A stretch of DNA of 64,000 nucleotides from an uncultured Bacteroidia bacterium (GTDB lineage Bacteria; Bacteroidota; Bacteroidia; NS11-12g; UBA955): positions 62,726-126,725 of the forward strand of contig CALSSY010000004.1 in NCBI GenBank assembly GCA_943789135.1, written 5' to 3'. The stretch's first letter is position 1, and each line of letters begins with the position of its first letter. Made by a program: the position numbers and the translations under genes. The notes beneath the pieces were generated by a model. The model was given only the letters and a program-made list of their open reading frames with translations. It was not told the DNA's origin and searched no databases. Shown here piece by piece: positions 31,105 to 42,412 of the stretch.

Positions 31105-32517
31105 ATGACAGCATTTCGTATTGAACACGATACCATGGGCGAGGTACAAGTGCCTGCAGATGCCCTGTGGGGAGCCCAAACTGAAAGAAGTAGAAATAAT
31201 TTCAAAATTGGTCCTGAAGGAAGCATGCCAATTGAGATTATTCGTGCTTTTGCAATCTTAAAAAAATGTGCGGCAAAGGCGAATAATCAATTAGGAGTAT
31301 TGTCAAACGAAAAATTCGAATTAATCGCTGCGGCAGCCGATGAAATAATTGCTGGAAAGCATGACAATCAATTTCCGTTGGTTATTTGGCAAACTGGAAG
31401 TGGCACTCAAAGCAATATGAACATGAATGAGGTTATTGCCAATCTTGCTCATGTTATGAATGGTGGTAAATTAACGGATGAAAACAAGGTATTACATCCA
31501 AACGATGACGTAAACAAAAGTCAAAGCAGTAACGACACGTTTCCAACAGCTATGAGCATCGCTGTTTTCAAGCAAGTCGTGGATTACACGTTACCAGGTT
31601 TACAAGCACTTAAAACCACCTTAAAACATAAGTCTAGAGAGTTTCAAGATATCGTAAAGATTGGTCGTACACATTTCATGGATGCAACGCCATTAACATT
31701 GGGGCAAGAGTTTAGCGGTTATGTAACACAACTTGATAACGGTATAGCTTCTATTAATCGTTCCTTACCCGTTGCAGCAGAATTGGCATTAGGTGGAACT
31801 GCTGTTGGTACAGGATTGAATACCCCCAAGGGATATTCGAATCTGGTTGCTCAGTTCATTGCAGAAGAAAGTGGTCTTCCATTGGTTAGTGCAGAAAATA
31901 AATTTGAAGCCCTAGCGGCTCACGATGCAATGGTAGAACTTCACGGTGCGATAAAACGCGCTGCGGTAAGTGCCTTTAAAATTGCAAATGATATTAGAAT
32001 GCTCAGTTCTGGTCCAAGAAGCGGAATTGGTGAAATTATCATCCCTGAGAACGAACCAGGTTCTTCCATTATGCCAGGGAAGGTCAATCCTACCCAACCT
32101 GAGGCCTTAACTATGGTTTGTGCTCAAATATTAGGTAATGATGTTGCCGTTTCTTTTGCTGGAACCCAAGGACATTTTGAACTTAATGTTTTCAAACCTG
32201 TTATTGCTGCTAATGTATTGCAAAGTGCACGACTTTTGGGACAAGCTTGTTTGAGTTTTAACGATAATTGTGCAGTAGGAATTGAACCCAATCACGAAAA
32301 TATCAAACGTTTAGTTGACCAAAGCTTAATGTTGGTTACGGCTTTAAATCCGCATATTGGCTATGAAAATGCCGCTAAAATTGCAAAGAAAGCGCATAAA
32401 GAAGGAACCACTCTTAAGGAAGCAGCCTTAACATTGGAATTACTTACCGAAGAACAATTCAACGAATGGGTACGTCCAGAAAATATGGTTGGCGATCCTT
32501 CTGAATCTATAAAATAA
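31105..32517 (+). CDS. fumC: class II fumarate hydratase
   Basis: '[13 protein letters not shown]' signature; start at 'MTAFRIEHD'. Confidence 0.95.
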   Translation: MTAFRIEHDTMGEVQVPADALWGAQTERSRNNFKIGPEGSMPIEIIRAFAILKKCAAKANNQLGVLSNEKFELIAAAADEIIAGKHDNQFPLVIWQTGSGTQSNMNMNEVIANLAHVMNGGKLTDENKVLHPNDDVNKSQSSNDTFPTAMSIAVFKQVVDYTLPGLQALKTTLKHKSREFQDIVKIGRTHFMDATPLTLGQEFSGYVTQLDNGIASINRSLPVAAELALGGTAVGTGLNTPKGYSNLVAQFIAEESGLPLVSAENKFEALAAHDAMVELHGAIKRAAVSAFKIANDIRMLSSGPRSGIGEIIIPENEPGSSIMPGKVNPTQPEALTMVCAQILGNDVAVSFAGTQGHFELNVFKPVIAANVLQSARLLGQACLSFNDNCAVGIEPNHENIKRLVDQSLMLVTALNPHIGYENAAKIAKKAHKEGTTLKEAALTLELLTEEQFNEWVRPENMVGDPSESIK

Positions 32518-33354
32518 ATGAATCCCATCCCTTTTCTTGAAGGACCTATGGGTAAAATCCCCATAACCCAACCTGTGGTTATGGGGATTTTGAATATCAC
32601 TCCCGACTCATTTTATGCGGGAAGTAGATTTTCAAATAATTCTCATTGTTTAAATGTTGCTGCAAAAATGCTCGAAGAAGGAGCATTAATTCTGGACATC
32701 GGGGGACAAAGTTCTCGACCGGGCTCGGAACGTATTTCTGCCGAAGATGAATGGAATCGAATCGCTCCTGCTGTATCAGCGCTAAAAAAGGAATTTCCAA
32801 CGGCGTGGATCAGTGTAGACACCTATTACTCTGAGGTGGCAATTAAAGCCATATCGGAAGGGGTGGATATCATTAACGACATCTCTTTTGGAGAAGATGA
32901 TAATAAAATGTTCTCAACCCTTGCCAATCAGAATATAACCTACATTGGAATGCATAAAATTGGCGATCCCAAAACCATGCAAAACAATGCAGAATATGCC
33001 AATGTTACGTCAAACGTATTGCATTATCTTCAGCAGAAGGTATCTGAAGCCCAAAAAATTGGCCTAAATAATATATGGGTCGATCCGGGTTTTGGTTTTG
33101 CTAAAACTCCTCAGCAGAACTTTCAATTATTGAGAGAATTAAATCAAATTAGCACTTGGAATCCTTCCCTTTTAGTTGGAATTTCCCGTAAAAGCATGAT
33201 ATATAAAACCCTTGAAATATCAGCAGATGATGCATTAAATGGGACGAGCTTTTTACATGCTGAAGCCCTGAATAACGGAGCTAAGATTTTGCGTGTTCAC
33301 GATGTAAAGCCTGCAGTTGAATGCATTACTTTATGGCAAAATTTATATACATGA
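32518..33354 (+). CDS. folP: dihydropteroate synthase
   Basis: pterin-binding 'ILNITPDSF' N-terminus; 278 aa. Confidence 0.9.
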   Translation: MNPIPFLEGPMGKIPITQPVVMGILNITPDSFYAGSRFSNNSHCLNVAAKMLEEGALILDIGGQSSRPGSERISAEDEWNRIAPAVSALKKEFPTAWISVDTYYSEVAIKAISEGVDIINDISFGEDDNKMFSTLANQNITYIGMHKIGDPKTMQNNAEYANVTSNVLHYLQQKVSEAQKIGLNNIWVDPGFGFAKTPQQNFQLLRELNQISTWNPSLLVGISRKSMIYKTLEISADDALNGTSFLHAEALNNGAKILRVHDVKPAVECITLWQNLYT

Positions 33355-33404
33355 ACTAAGCAAGTATCCACCTACATCGTAATAAATTAACTACTTTTGT
33401 AACC

Positions 33405-34061
33405 ATGTCTAAGATTATAGCTCCATCCATACTCTCTGCAGATTTTGCTCATTTAGGGCGCGACATTGAAATGATTAATAATTCAGATGCCGAATGGTTT
33501 CATGTCGACGTAATGGATGGCGTTTTTGTGCCCAATATTTCCTTTGGGTTTCCAGTGATGAAATCATTAAAAAAACATGCACAGAAAACGTTAGATGTGC
33601 ATTTGATGATTGTCCAACCGGAAAGATATATTCAAGATTTTGCGGATGCCGGAGCAGATGTATTAACGGTTCACTTAGAAGCCAGCACCCATTTACACAG
33701 AACGCTTCAACAAATTAAAAATGCAGGAATGAAAGCGGGCGTGGCTCTTAATCCACATACTTCTATTTATGCTTTAATGGATGTTTTAGAAGAAATAGAC
33801 TTGGTTTGTTTAATGAGTGTGAATCCTGGATTTGGGGGTCAGAAATTCATCCCACAAACCCTTAAGAAAACCCAAACCTTAAAAAATGAAATTTCACGAC
33901 TTGGTTGCAATACCTTGATTGAAATTGACGGAGGCGTGTCTTTACAGAATGCAGGTGATTTATTCCGCGCAGGCGCCGATGTTCTTGTGGCAGGAAACAC
34001 GGTATTTTCATCCGACAATCCGACTCAAACCATTACGGATTTATTGAATTGTTCAAAATAA
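33405..34061 (+). CDS. rpe: ribulose-phosphate 3-epimerase
   Basis: 'APSILSADF' start and 'HVDVMDG' motif. Confidence 0.9.
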   Translation: MSKIIAPSILSADFAHLGRDIEMINNSDAEWFHVDVMDGVFVPNISFGFPVMKSLKKHAQKTLDVHLMIVQPERYIQDFADAGADVLTVHLEASTHLHRTLQQIKNAGMKAGVALNPHTSIYALMDVLEEIDLVCLMSVNPGFGGQKFIPQTLKKTQTLKNEISRLGCNTLIEIDGGVSLQNAGDLFRAGADVLVAGNTVFSSDNPTQTITDLLNCSK

Positions 34062-36524
34062 ACCACCATACGGCTCGTTATTACTGCGTGAGTCGTTGGT
34101 TCATTGCCTTAATTGGCCTGCTTTATTTTCAAAACATTAGTGCTCAAAATGAGTATCGTGCAATCGTAGATGGCCATCCCCTCACCTTTGGCCCTATAGA
34201 AATCCGCGATGCATCAGGCAAGGTTTTGACATACACCGGAAAAAACTCAGAATTTGAAATACGTATACCCTATCCTTCTTTTTTGATTTTTGGATACATT
34301 GAAGATGAGAAGGTTTTCGGTCATTATGCTGATTTACGTGAAGGAATTGATACCATCACCTATGGTTTGGGTCTTGATCTCATTGGAACGGTGGAAATTT
34401 CTGCAGGATCGGACAATGCATTCATGGAGGAGATTCGACCAAGAGAATTGGCATTGAATGTTGGTGTTGGTTCCAATATTGAAAATATCATCAAAACTTT
34501 GGGTGGGGTTAGCAGTAGCAACGAACTTTCATCCCAATTTAGCGTTAGAGGCGGAAACTTTGATGAGAACCTTATTTATGTTAATGATATCGAAATTTAC
34601 CGGCCACAGCTTATTCAAAACGGACAACAAGAAGGATTGAGTTTTATCAACCCTGCTATGGTTGATAGAATCAAATTCAGCGCAGGTGGTTTTGCCGCAC
34701 AATACGGAGATAAAATGAGTTCTGTATTGGATGTGGCTTATGTAAGACCTGACTCAACTCGGTTTCAAGCAACCTTGGGTACCATGTTGAATTCAGCAAG
34801 TTTAGAAGGATCAAAAGGATCCGTATCTGGCATTTTCAGTTTTAGGCATTTTACCAATAGTTTATTGACCAGCACATTGAATACGGATGGCACGTATAAT
34901 ATGAACTTTGCGGATGTTCAATCCTTCATTACTTGGGAAATCAATCGCAATTGGTCTTTAGACTTTTTGGGGAACTACGCTAGAAATGCATTTCAGTTGC
35001 GCCCTGAAAGTCGTACTACGGAATTCGGAACCATTCAAGCCGCCTATCAATTGAACGTGTATATGGCGGGACAAGAAAACCTAAACTATGAATATCAGCT
35101 GGGAGCCTTAACCCTAAATTATAGACCAAGTTTATGGGCTAAATACAAATGGATTACCAGTGTTACCTCTATTAATGAAGAAGAATATTTCGATATTCAA
35201 GGTGCCTATAGCCTCAGTGAACTCGATAGAGATCTTGGATCGAGTAATCTAGGAAAACCCGTTCGTACCTTAGGATATGGCTATTACTTGGATCACGGCC
35301 GAAATCGAATGCAATCTCGCATTTTGAATTTTTCCCATTTAGGGGAACTAGGAAAAAAAACCTCTCGTACTCAGGTAAAATACGGAATTAGATTCAATAA
35401 AGAAATTATTGACGATCGTTATTACGAGTGGCTTTATATGGATAGTGCTGACTACAATATTGCCCCATGGAGTAGCAGTATCGATAGCATTGTTTTAGAT
35501 GATGTAGTTCGTGCTAATAATTCTATCAGCAGAAATCGTCTGAGTAGTTATATTCAAGCCAAACAAATTCTGGATCGCCAAAAAAACTTTTGGATGGTAG
35601 CAGGAATACGTCAAAGTTGGGAAAGTATCAGTAAACAATGGCTTTGGATGCCCCGATTGGCTTTTTTCTATGAACCGCATAAGAATTACAATCTAAGAGC
35701 ACCAGATAGTCTAAAGAGAACTCCTAGTACATACAGGTTGGCAGTAGGAGCCTATCATCAAGCGCCCTTTTACCGGGAAATGCGTAATTTCAACGGAGCG
35801 TTAAACTTGAATTTGAAGGCTCAAGAATCGTGGCATGTTGTTTTAGGTATGGATAAAATAGTAACCCTTTGGGGTAAAAAATTCAAATACTCAACCGAAG
35901 CCTATTTCAAGCAATTGAATAATTTAGATCCGTATTTATACGATAATATTCGAATACGTTATTATGCAAACAATGCATCTAATGGATATGCTATTGGTTT
36001 TGATAACAGGCTATATGGCCAATTTAATAAAGGGTTAGAAAGCTGGTTTACGTTGAGCTTACTTCAGAGTAAGGAAAGAATTTCATACACAGATGAAAAT
36101 GGAATTGCACAAACAAGCGATTGGTTGCGAAGGCCAACAGATAGGCGCTTTGAATTTTGCTGCAATTTTCCAAGACCGTCTTCCTCAAAACCCAAGTGTT
36201 CGCGTAAATTTAACTTTAAATATTGGCACAGCGGTACCCTATTATTTGGATGGAGATGCGAGATATTCGAATACACCAAGCCTTGTTCCGGCGTATCGCA
36301 GGGTTGATATTGGATTTAGTAAGGTTTTTCGAAAGAATGGAGACAAGCCTAATAAAGCAAAATGGGTTAAAGAATCGTGGGTAAGTCTTGACATATTCAA
36401 CCTGTTAGACATCAATAACGTCATTGCATACAGCTGGGTAAAAGACCTCAATAATGCACGGTATGGCGTTCCCGAATATCTAACAGGTAGAATGTTGAAT
36501 TTACGTTGGTTCTTAGCTTTTTAA
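34049..36524 (+). CDS. TonB-dependent outer-membrane receptor, interrupted by one frameshift near 36140-36160 (ORFs 34049-36307 and 36093-36524)
   Basis: plug-domain motif 'FSAGGFAAQYGDKMSSVLDV'; the barrel terminates in '...NLRWFLAF' (C-terminal Phe) in the second frame. Confidence 0.7.
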
Positions 36525-36525
36525 C

Positions 36526-39500
36526 TTAGTTTGGAGTTTCCTCTTTAGTTGAAGTTGCCTCAGTTAATTTCGTTTCACAATCTTTTAGTTGACCTTTCAA
36601 CGTGCTGATCTCAGCATTCAATTTTGAAATTTCAGCGTTGTTCGTTTTAATGATCTCTCCTAATTTACCCATATCTTCATCCATTGAAATGATTTGACGC
36701 TTCAAATCTTCATATTTAGAATCTGCCAGATTTTTTGCCTTTTCAGTCTCTGCTAATTTTGCCTCTATTTCAGATAACTTTTTGGCACATTTATCCGAAA
36801 TCAAGGTACAACCGCTGATTTGATTGTCCTTTTTCTTAATTTCCTCTTTTAGTCTATTGATTTCAGCTGTTAATTCTGCAGAATTGTCACCAGCGGCAAG
36901 CTTTATTTCCAATTCTGAGGCACGAGCCTCTAATTCAGATACCTTTTTAGTCAACTCATCGTTTTTCGCTTTTAATGTTAAGCAAGATGTATTCTGTTGC
37001 TTGAGTTCTTCAACTTGAGAAGCCAACTTCGCTTTTTCAACTTCTAGAGCTTTAATTTTTGCCTCAGCCGCGCTCAAAGCCGCTTTGGATTTTGCTAATT
37101 CCGATTCACATTCTTTACAATCAGAACCAGTTGCTATCTTTTCCTCTAGAATGCTAATTTTAGATTTTAATTTTGAGATTTCATCTTGTAGGGGTTTTGG
37201 ATCTACCAATGATGCTTTCTCTTTTTGACAAATAGCAAGGGCCGCCTTTAATTTTTCTAATTCCGCTTTTATAGGCTCGCAATCGATTGTAGATGCTTTT
37301 TCTTTTTCTAAGACTTCAATTTTTGCTTTTAGCTTGGTGATTTCGTCGGTGTAAACGCTTATTTCACTATTCGATTTTTTTGCCTCTTCTAAAGCGATCT
37401 CTACTTTATTTTTTTCTTCAACCAAATTGGATTGCTCCGATTTGAGTTTAGAAATTTCCGCTTCTAAAGTTGAAATTTTAGACTTGTATGGTGTGCAATC
37501 TTCTTTAGATGCTTTCAATTTTACAATCTCAGCTTCTAACGCAGCAATTTTTGTTTTGTATGGCGTACAATCTTCGCTTATTGCAATTGAAGCGTTTATT
37601 TTGGCCTTTAAGGTTTCCACTTCTTTTTCTAAATCCGCAATCTTCACTTTTAATGGAGCGCAGTCTTCTTTTGAACTTTCTGATGCCGATAACTTTGATT
37701 TAACGGATGCTAGTTCTGCTTCTAGTGTTGAGATTTTATTTTTATACGGAGTGCAATCTTCTTTGGCTTTTAATGCTGATGCGAGTTGAACTTTTACAGC
37801 CGCAAGCTCCGCTTCTAATTCTGCTGACTTCACCTTATAAGGAGTACAATCCTCAACAGGATCTTTGGTCATATCAATATCAGCAGACTTACGTAATTTC
37901 TCATTTTCCAACTTCAACGCGGCTATTTGTGCATTGAGTGTGGCAATTTCAGCTTTCTGTTTTACTTGATTCTCATCACAAATTTGCTTTTCTCTGGAAA
38001 GTGCATCCAAAGCATCTTTGCATTTTTGAGCTTGATTTTTTGCCTCTGCAGCCTCTATGGCGGCATCTTTTGCCTTTTTCTCAGAAGCACTAGCCTCTAT
38101 TTGCGCTTTTTTTGTTTTAGCCTTTTCCGTTTCTAATTCCAAGGCAATTTGTGCATTTTTCTGAGTTTCTTCCTTCCATTTCTTTTCTAATTCCGCAATT
38201 TTGTCATCACAAGGTTGTTTTATGGCCTCTCCAGACAGTCTATCTACTTGATCCTTTAATATCTTGTTTTCTCCCTCAACTTCGGATTTTGCTTTTTTCA
38301 ATAACGCAATTTCGGCCTGCAATTTATCTAGGTAATCCTGCAAATTTTTCTTCTCCTCATCACACTTCTTTTGAAGCGCTATGTTTGATTTTTTTGCTTC
38401 ATCCAATTCAAGAACAACCTTGTTTCGAATGCTTTTAATCAATTCAATTTCAGCCTTTAATTTATTTAATTCTGGTGTGCAATCAATAGTAACCGTATCT
38501 ACTTTGGGTAGGCTAGGATTTTTTTCTTTCGCCAAATTTATCAATCTCTGACGCTCTTCTTCCCATTGCTTTTCTTTTAGAGCGATTTCGGCGTTTTTCT
38601 TTTTAATTTCGGATTCCAGCGTTTGTTGGGATTTTTTACATTTTTCACTTTCTAATTTTAGAATTCCCAAACGATCCGTGCATTCTTTTTGTGCTTTTTC
38701 TGCTTCTTGACGCAATGTTATTATGGATTTCTCTTTTTCGTCAAGTTCCTTTTTTAACTTATCATTTTCTGCCTCCAAAGCAATTTCAGAATCTCCTTTC
38801 TCTTCATCGCGAATCGTGGTCGTTTCTTTTTTCTTTTCAATAATCGTATCACGCTCAATTTTTACGATTCGAATCTGCTGGGTATCGCGCTCAATCAGTG
38901 TGTCGTAAAATGTTTCTTTTTGCAAATAAGAATAACGTTTCGTGCGTTTGTCACACCCACCAATTTTAGATCGAACTCCAAAATAGAAACTTCCTCCTGA
39001 ATAACTCTCATTTTGAACATATTGACTTAAACCAAGTAGATTATCTGTACCAATAATCACAGGGCCGATACGTCCATAAACACCCATATGTAAATCGGTA
39101 TAGTCATTTGCAACGGTAATAGGAAAGCCGTACTCTAATTGTTCGCTTTGCCATCTGGGTGTAATATTAAAATAAGAAGCTCTTCTCAAACCCACGGAAT
39201 TACGGCGTTTCAAATTCTGGGTCCAGTACGCCCCAATATGAATGTGTCCATTAAGGTTTTGGTCAAATTGCAAATTAAATGCCATGGGTGTGGTACTTAT
39301 AATATCATCATTCTCCACAGCACCTAAAACAGAAAAAAGACGATTATCAAGATCATTAAGTCTGTCATCGCCGGAATTTTGAGCACTTTGAATGATTTTT
39401 GGATCGATTACCCAATTATTATTAGCCATAGATACGATTTCCGAACCCTGTCCCCAATAACTGAGAAAGCCTATATCCGTAAAACTTGCCCCAATTTTCC

Positions 39501-40416
39501 AATTGTATTGTTGTGAAATTTCGCGATCACAAAAAGAGGAATTTAGCTTGGGCTTTCCTCCGGATGGTCTATTTTCATATACAATACCCAAATCAATTCC
39601 CGTTCCCGCACCCTCAATAAAATCGAAACTCATTCCTAGAGGTCGGTTTAATGTATTCATAGAACCATAAGAACTTCTATATAGTCTCCCGTTAAATTGG
39701 TTGATATCGATCGACTTAGCATCTTGTGAGATATTAAAATTTAGATTGTCGCTTCCTAAATGAGCCATTCCCATTCCTATCAATAATTTAGCGGTTACAC
39801 CCCATTTCCAAACATGAATATCATCGGTTTGAGCTATTCCAGCTATATTCATGAACCATTCTTGATATTTTTCTGTGTTAATTGAAAATTCATTTTGATT
39901 TATAGTTTTTCCAGCAAGTTTATTGATTTCAGGAAGCCCATATCGCAAAATACCACCCATTTCACCATTAACTCCGTTTACCGAAAATCCAGAAACCTCT
40001 TTAACTCCAAAACCAAAGGTGCCTACTTCATCAATAGGAATGAATATGGATGGACCATTAACTTCAGACAGATAATTCAATTTAAAGTCGACAGCATTGT
40101 TAAGGGGCAGCCAATTCTGTTGAAATGCCAGAGATCCATTAATATCCGCGTATTGATCCGGATAACTTTCATTTATCCAAGCGCCCAATCGAAAAGGAGC
40201 CGCATAAACCATAAAATTATTTTCAAGCGAAACTGAAGCTCCCCACCAATTTATGTAAGCTCTATTTGACGGATTTGTTCTAGAAAGAGCTGGATTTAAA
40301 CTGTAAGAATAAGGACTGTTGTAATCACCGACCACCAAACCCATGGCATGTTGAGATTTTAAAGGCGAAGCACTTAAAACTAAATAAGTTAAAAATATTG
40401 AGAGAATTCGTTTCAT
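36526..40416 (-). CDS. 1296-aa protein. The N-terminal ~470 aa are an outer-membrane beta-barrel-like domain (possibly PorP/SprF-like), followed by an ~800-aa coiled coil built from tandem Cys-containing repeats '(E)DCTPYKxKI..LEAE'
   Basis: signal peptide; aromatic/Gly-rich alternating N-domain; heptad-rich Lys/Glu/Ala region with at least 9 repeat units each starting DC(T/E/K)P. Confidence 0.6.
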   Translation of the reverse strand: MKRILSIFLTYLVLSASPLKSQHAMGLVVGDYNSPYSYSLNPALSRTNPSNRAYINWWGASVSLENNFMVYAAPFRLGAWINESYPDQYADINGSLAFQQNWLPLNNAVDFKLNYLSEVNGPSIFIPIDEVGTFGFGVKEVSGFSVNGVNGEMGGILRYGLPEINKLAGKTINQNEFSINTEKYQEWFMNIAGIAQTDDIHVWKWGVTAKLLIGMGMAHLGSDNLNFNISQDAKSIDINQFNGRLYRSSYGSMNTLNRPLGMSFDFIEGAGTGIDLGIVYENRPSGGKPKLNSSFCDREISQQYNWKIGASFTDIGFLSYWGQGSEIVSMANNNWVIDPKIIQSAQNSGDDRLNDLDNRLFSVLGAVENDDIISTTPMAFNLQFDQNLNGHIHIGAYWTQNLKRRNSVGLRRASYFNITPRWQSEQLEYGFPITVANDYTDLHMGVYGRIGPVIIGTDNLLGLSQYVQNESYSGGSFYFGVRSKIGGCDKRTKRYSYLQKETFYDTLIERDTQQIRIVKIERDTIIEKKKETTTIRDEEKGDSEIALEAENDKLKKELDEKEKSIITLRQEAEKAQKECTDRLGILKLESEKCKKSQQTLESEIKKKNAEIALKEKQWEEERQRLINLAKEKNPSLPKVDTVTIDCTPELNKLKAEIELIKSIRNKVVLELDEAKKSNIALQKKCDEEKKNLQDYLDKLQAEIALLKKAKSEVEGENKILKDQVDRLSGEAIKQPCDDKIAELEKKWKEETQKNAQIALELETEKAKTKKAQIEASASEKKAKDAAIEAAEAKNQAQKCKDALDALSREKQICDENQVKQKAEIATLNAQIAALKLENEKLRKSADIDMTKDPVEDCTPYKVKSAELEAELAAVKVQLASALKAKEDCTPYKNKISTLEAELASVKSKLSASESSKEDCAPLKVKIADLEKEVETLKAKINASIAISEDCTPYKTKIAALEAEIVKLKASKEDCTPYKSKISTLEAEISKLKSEQSNLVEEKNKVEIALEEAKKSNSEISVYTDEITKLKAKIEVLEKEKASTIDCEPIKAELEKLKAALAICQKEKASLVDPKPLQDEISKLKSKISILEEKIATGSDCKECESELAKSKAALSAAEAKIKALEVEKAKLASQVEELKQQNTSCLTLKAKNDELTKKVSELEARASELEIKLAAGDNSAELTAEINRLKEEIKKKDNQISGCTLISDKCAKKLSEIEAKLAETEKAKNLADSKYEDLKRQIISMDEDMGKLGEIIKTNNAEISKLNAEISTLKGQLKDCETKLTEATSTKEETPN
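37430..37880. repeat. imperfect tandem DNA repeats of about 75-95 bp inside the coiled-coil gene ('cttgtatggcgtacaatcttc' family)
   Basis: at least five recurring copies encode the EDCTPYK units; they also create the spurious plus-strand ORF 37427-37789 containing repeated 'LYGVQSSL'. Confidence 0.7.
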
Positions 40417-40587
40417 TATAATGTTGTTGTTATCACAAAAATAAGGCCAATTAATAAGTTAAACGTAACGACTGCCTTCCTTAATTGTAAAATTTCCAGA
40501 AAATAACGCATCCGTTTATCGGGTATTCAATTAGTTAAACGAAGTAACAAACCATAATTTCAGGAGCCCATACTACCTTTGTTTTGA

Positions 40588-42330
40588 ATGAAAACGTTTT
40601 TGAAATACTTCCTAACCTTCGTTATTGGGATTTTAGTTGGACTTGCTGGATTGGTGGTTATCGGCCTTCTTGTAATTGCCAGCGCCGACTTCTCAAAAGA
40701 GAAGCCCGAAACACCTTCTAATGGAATTCTTAAAATTCAACTGCCTGTAGACTTAAGCGAAAAAGGTTCTGAGGAATCTATAACAAAAATTATTGGAAAT
40801 ATTTCTGGTAACAATTCTATTTCATTGAATGAGTTACGTGAAAAAATCAAAGCCGCAGCTACCGACAGCCGCATAGTAGCCATAAGTTTGGACGCTGGTA
40901 TGTTCAGCGGCGGTTTAGCCAAAGCACAAGAAATACGCCAATGCATAGATTCCTTTCAAAAATCGGGTAAACCAGTTTGGTGTTACAGCGAAAATTATTC
41001 AGAGTTGGGATTTTATATAGCCAGCACCTGTGATAAGGTTTTTGCCAATCCAAAAGGCGTTTCTGAGTTCAATGGTTTTTCAAGCGGTATAGTTATGTAC
41101 AAAGGCATGCTGGACAAATTAGGAATTGATGTTCAGGTTTTTAAAGTTGGAAAATTCAAAGGTGCGGTAGAGCCCTATACCCAAGAAAAATTATCTGATA
41201 ACAACCGCGATCAAATAGAGGCCTATTTAGGAAGTTTGTTCAACAATCAATTGAATCAAATTGCATCTGATCGAGTACTAAACCGCGATTCATTGGAATC
41301 TTTCGCTCTTTATGGGAATTCCTATTTAATGGCCAATTGCATGAAAGCAGGACTCATAGATTCACTGACTTATTACGATCAGTTTGAATCTTTCCTCAAA
41401 TCAAAACATAAAGATTTTAAATGGGTTGAATCGAAAAATTATAATGGAAATGAATCAGAATACGAATATGTAGAAGATAAAATTGCAGTTGTATTTTTAG
41501 AGGGTGAGATAATTCCAGGTAGGTCCGAATCAGAGGGTCAAATTGCGAGTGATGATGTATGTAAGTTGTTACGTAAAATCAAGAATGACGATAACATTAA
41601 AGCCGTTGTATTGCGAATCAACAGCCCAGGTGGCAGCTCTGTAGCAAGCGATCTTATTGCACGTGAAATTTCTTTGATCAAAGAAAAGAAGCCGGTAATT
41701 GCCTCATTTAGTAATGTTGCTGCCTCCGGAGGATATTACATTGCCTGTTTAGCCGATAGTATATTCGCCGATAGAAATTCCATCACGGGTTCAATTGGAG
41801 TTTTTGCTTTAATTCCTAACACGGGTAAACTATATGGTGGAACATTGGGTTTGAATTATGAATCTGTCAATAGCGGTCCCCAATCTGAATTGTGGAGACC
41901 TGATAAACCACTATCAGAATCTCAAAAACGCATCATGCAAAAGATGGTAGATGGCGTGTATGAAGATTTCACTCAAATCGTTTCTAGAGGCAGGAATTTA
42001 GAAATCAACAGAGTAAAAGAAATTGCTGAAGGCAAAGTTTATTCGGGGGTTCAAGCCAAAGAAATTGGACTAATAGACGGATTCGGGGGGCTAGAATACA
42101 GCATTCAAGCTGCTGCAAAAAAAGCAAAAATAAAAGCTTACCGCATAAGTGAATATCCTAAAGATAAAGATCCGTTTGAACAATTATTCTCCGCTTTAGA
42201 AATGAATACCTATTTGCAATCGAATTTGCAAAAAAATCCAGTAGGAAAAGTTCTATTGAAAAGCACGGAACAGTGGAACTCTATTCAAGGAATTCAAATG
42301 CGAATACCTTGGTCGACCGATTACCAATAA
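40588..42330 (+). CDS. sppA: signal peptide peptidase SppA (67K type)
   Basis: two ClpP/crotonase-like S49 domains, N-terminal TM, 580 aa. Confidence 0.85.
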   Translation: MKTFLKYFLTFVIGILVGLAGLVVIGLLVIASADFSKEKPETPSNGILKIQLPVDLSEKGSEESITKIIGNISGNNSISLNELREKIKAAATDSRIVAISLDAGMFSGGLAKAQEIRQCIDSFQKSGKPVWCYSENYSELGFYIASTCDKVFANPKGVSEFNGFSSGIVMYKGMLDKLGIDVQVFKVGKFKGAVEPYTQEKLSDNNRDQIEAYLGSLFNNQLNQIASDRVLNRDSLESFALYGNSYLMANCMKAGLIDSLTYYDQFESFLKSKHKDFKWVESKNYNGNESEYEYVEDKIAVVFLEGEIIPGRSESEGQIASDDVCKLLRKIKNDDNIKAVVLRINSPGGSSVASDLIAREISLIKEKKPVIASFSNVAASGGYYIACLADSIFADRNSITGSIGVFALIPNTGKLYGGTLGLNYESVNSGPQSELWRPDKPLSESQKRIMQKMVDGVYEDFTQIVSRGRNLEINRVKEIAEGKVYSGVQAKEIGLIDGFGGLEYSIQAAAKKAKIKAYRISEYPKDKDPFEQLFSALEMNTYLQSNLQKNPVGKVLLKSTEQWNSIQGIQMRIPWSTDYQ

Positions 42331-42353
42331 TTGTCGATATTAAGGGCATAAAC

Positions 42354-42395
42354 AGGAAACTTTAAAGCTAGCAAAAGTTTCCTACTCCTCTTTTT
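42354..42395 (+). terminator. rho-independent terminator of sppA
   Basis: 'aggaaacttt-aaagctagca-aaagtttcct' followed by 'ctcctcttttt'. Confidence 0.75.
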
Positions 42396-42412
42396 CCTAT
42401 TTTTGCGGCGGT

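Noticed and set aside
37427-38438. Plus-strand ORFs inside the giant coiled-coil gene (37427-37789 'LYGVQSSL' repeats, 37509-38438 Leu/Phe-rich ORFs)
   Set aside because: They are the mirror image of the minus-strand tandem repeats and heptads; the real gene is on the minus strand.
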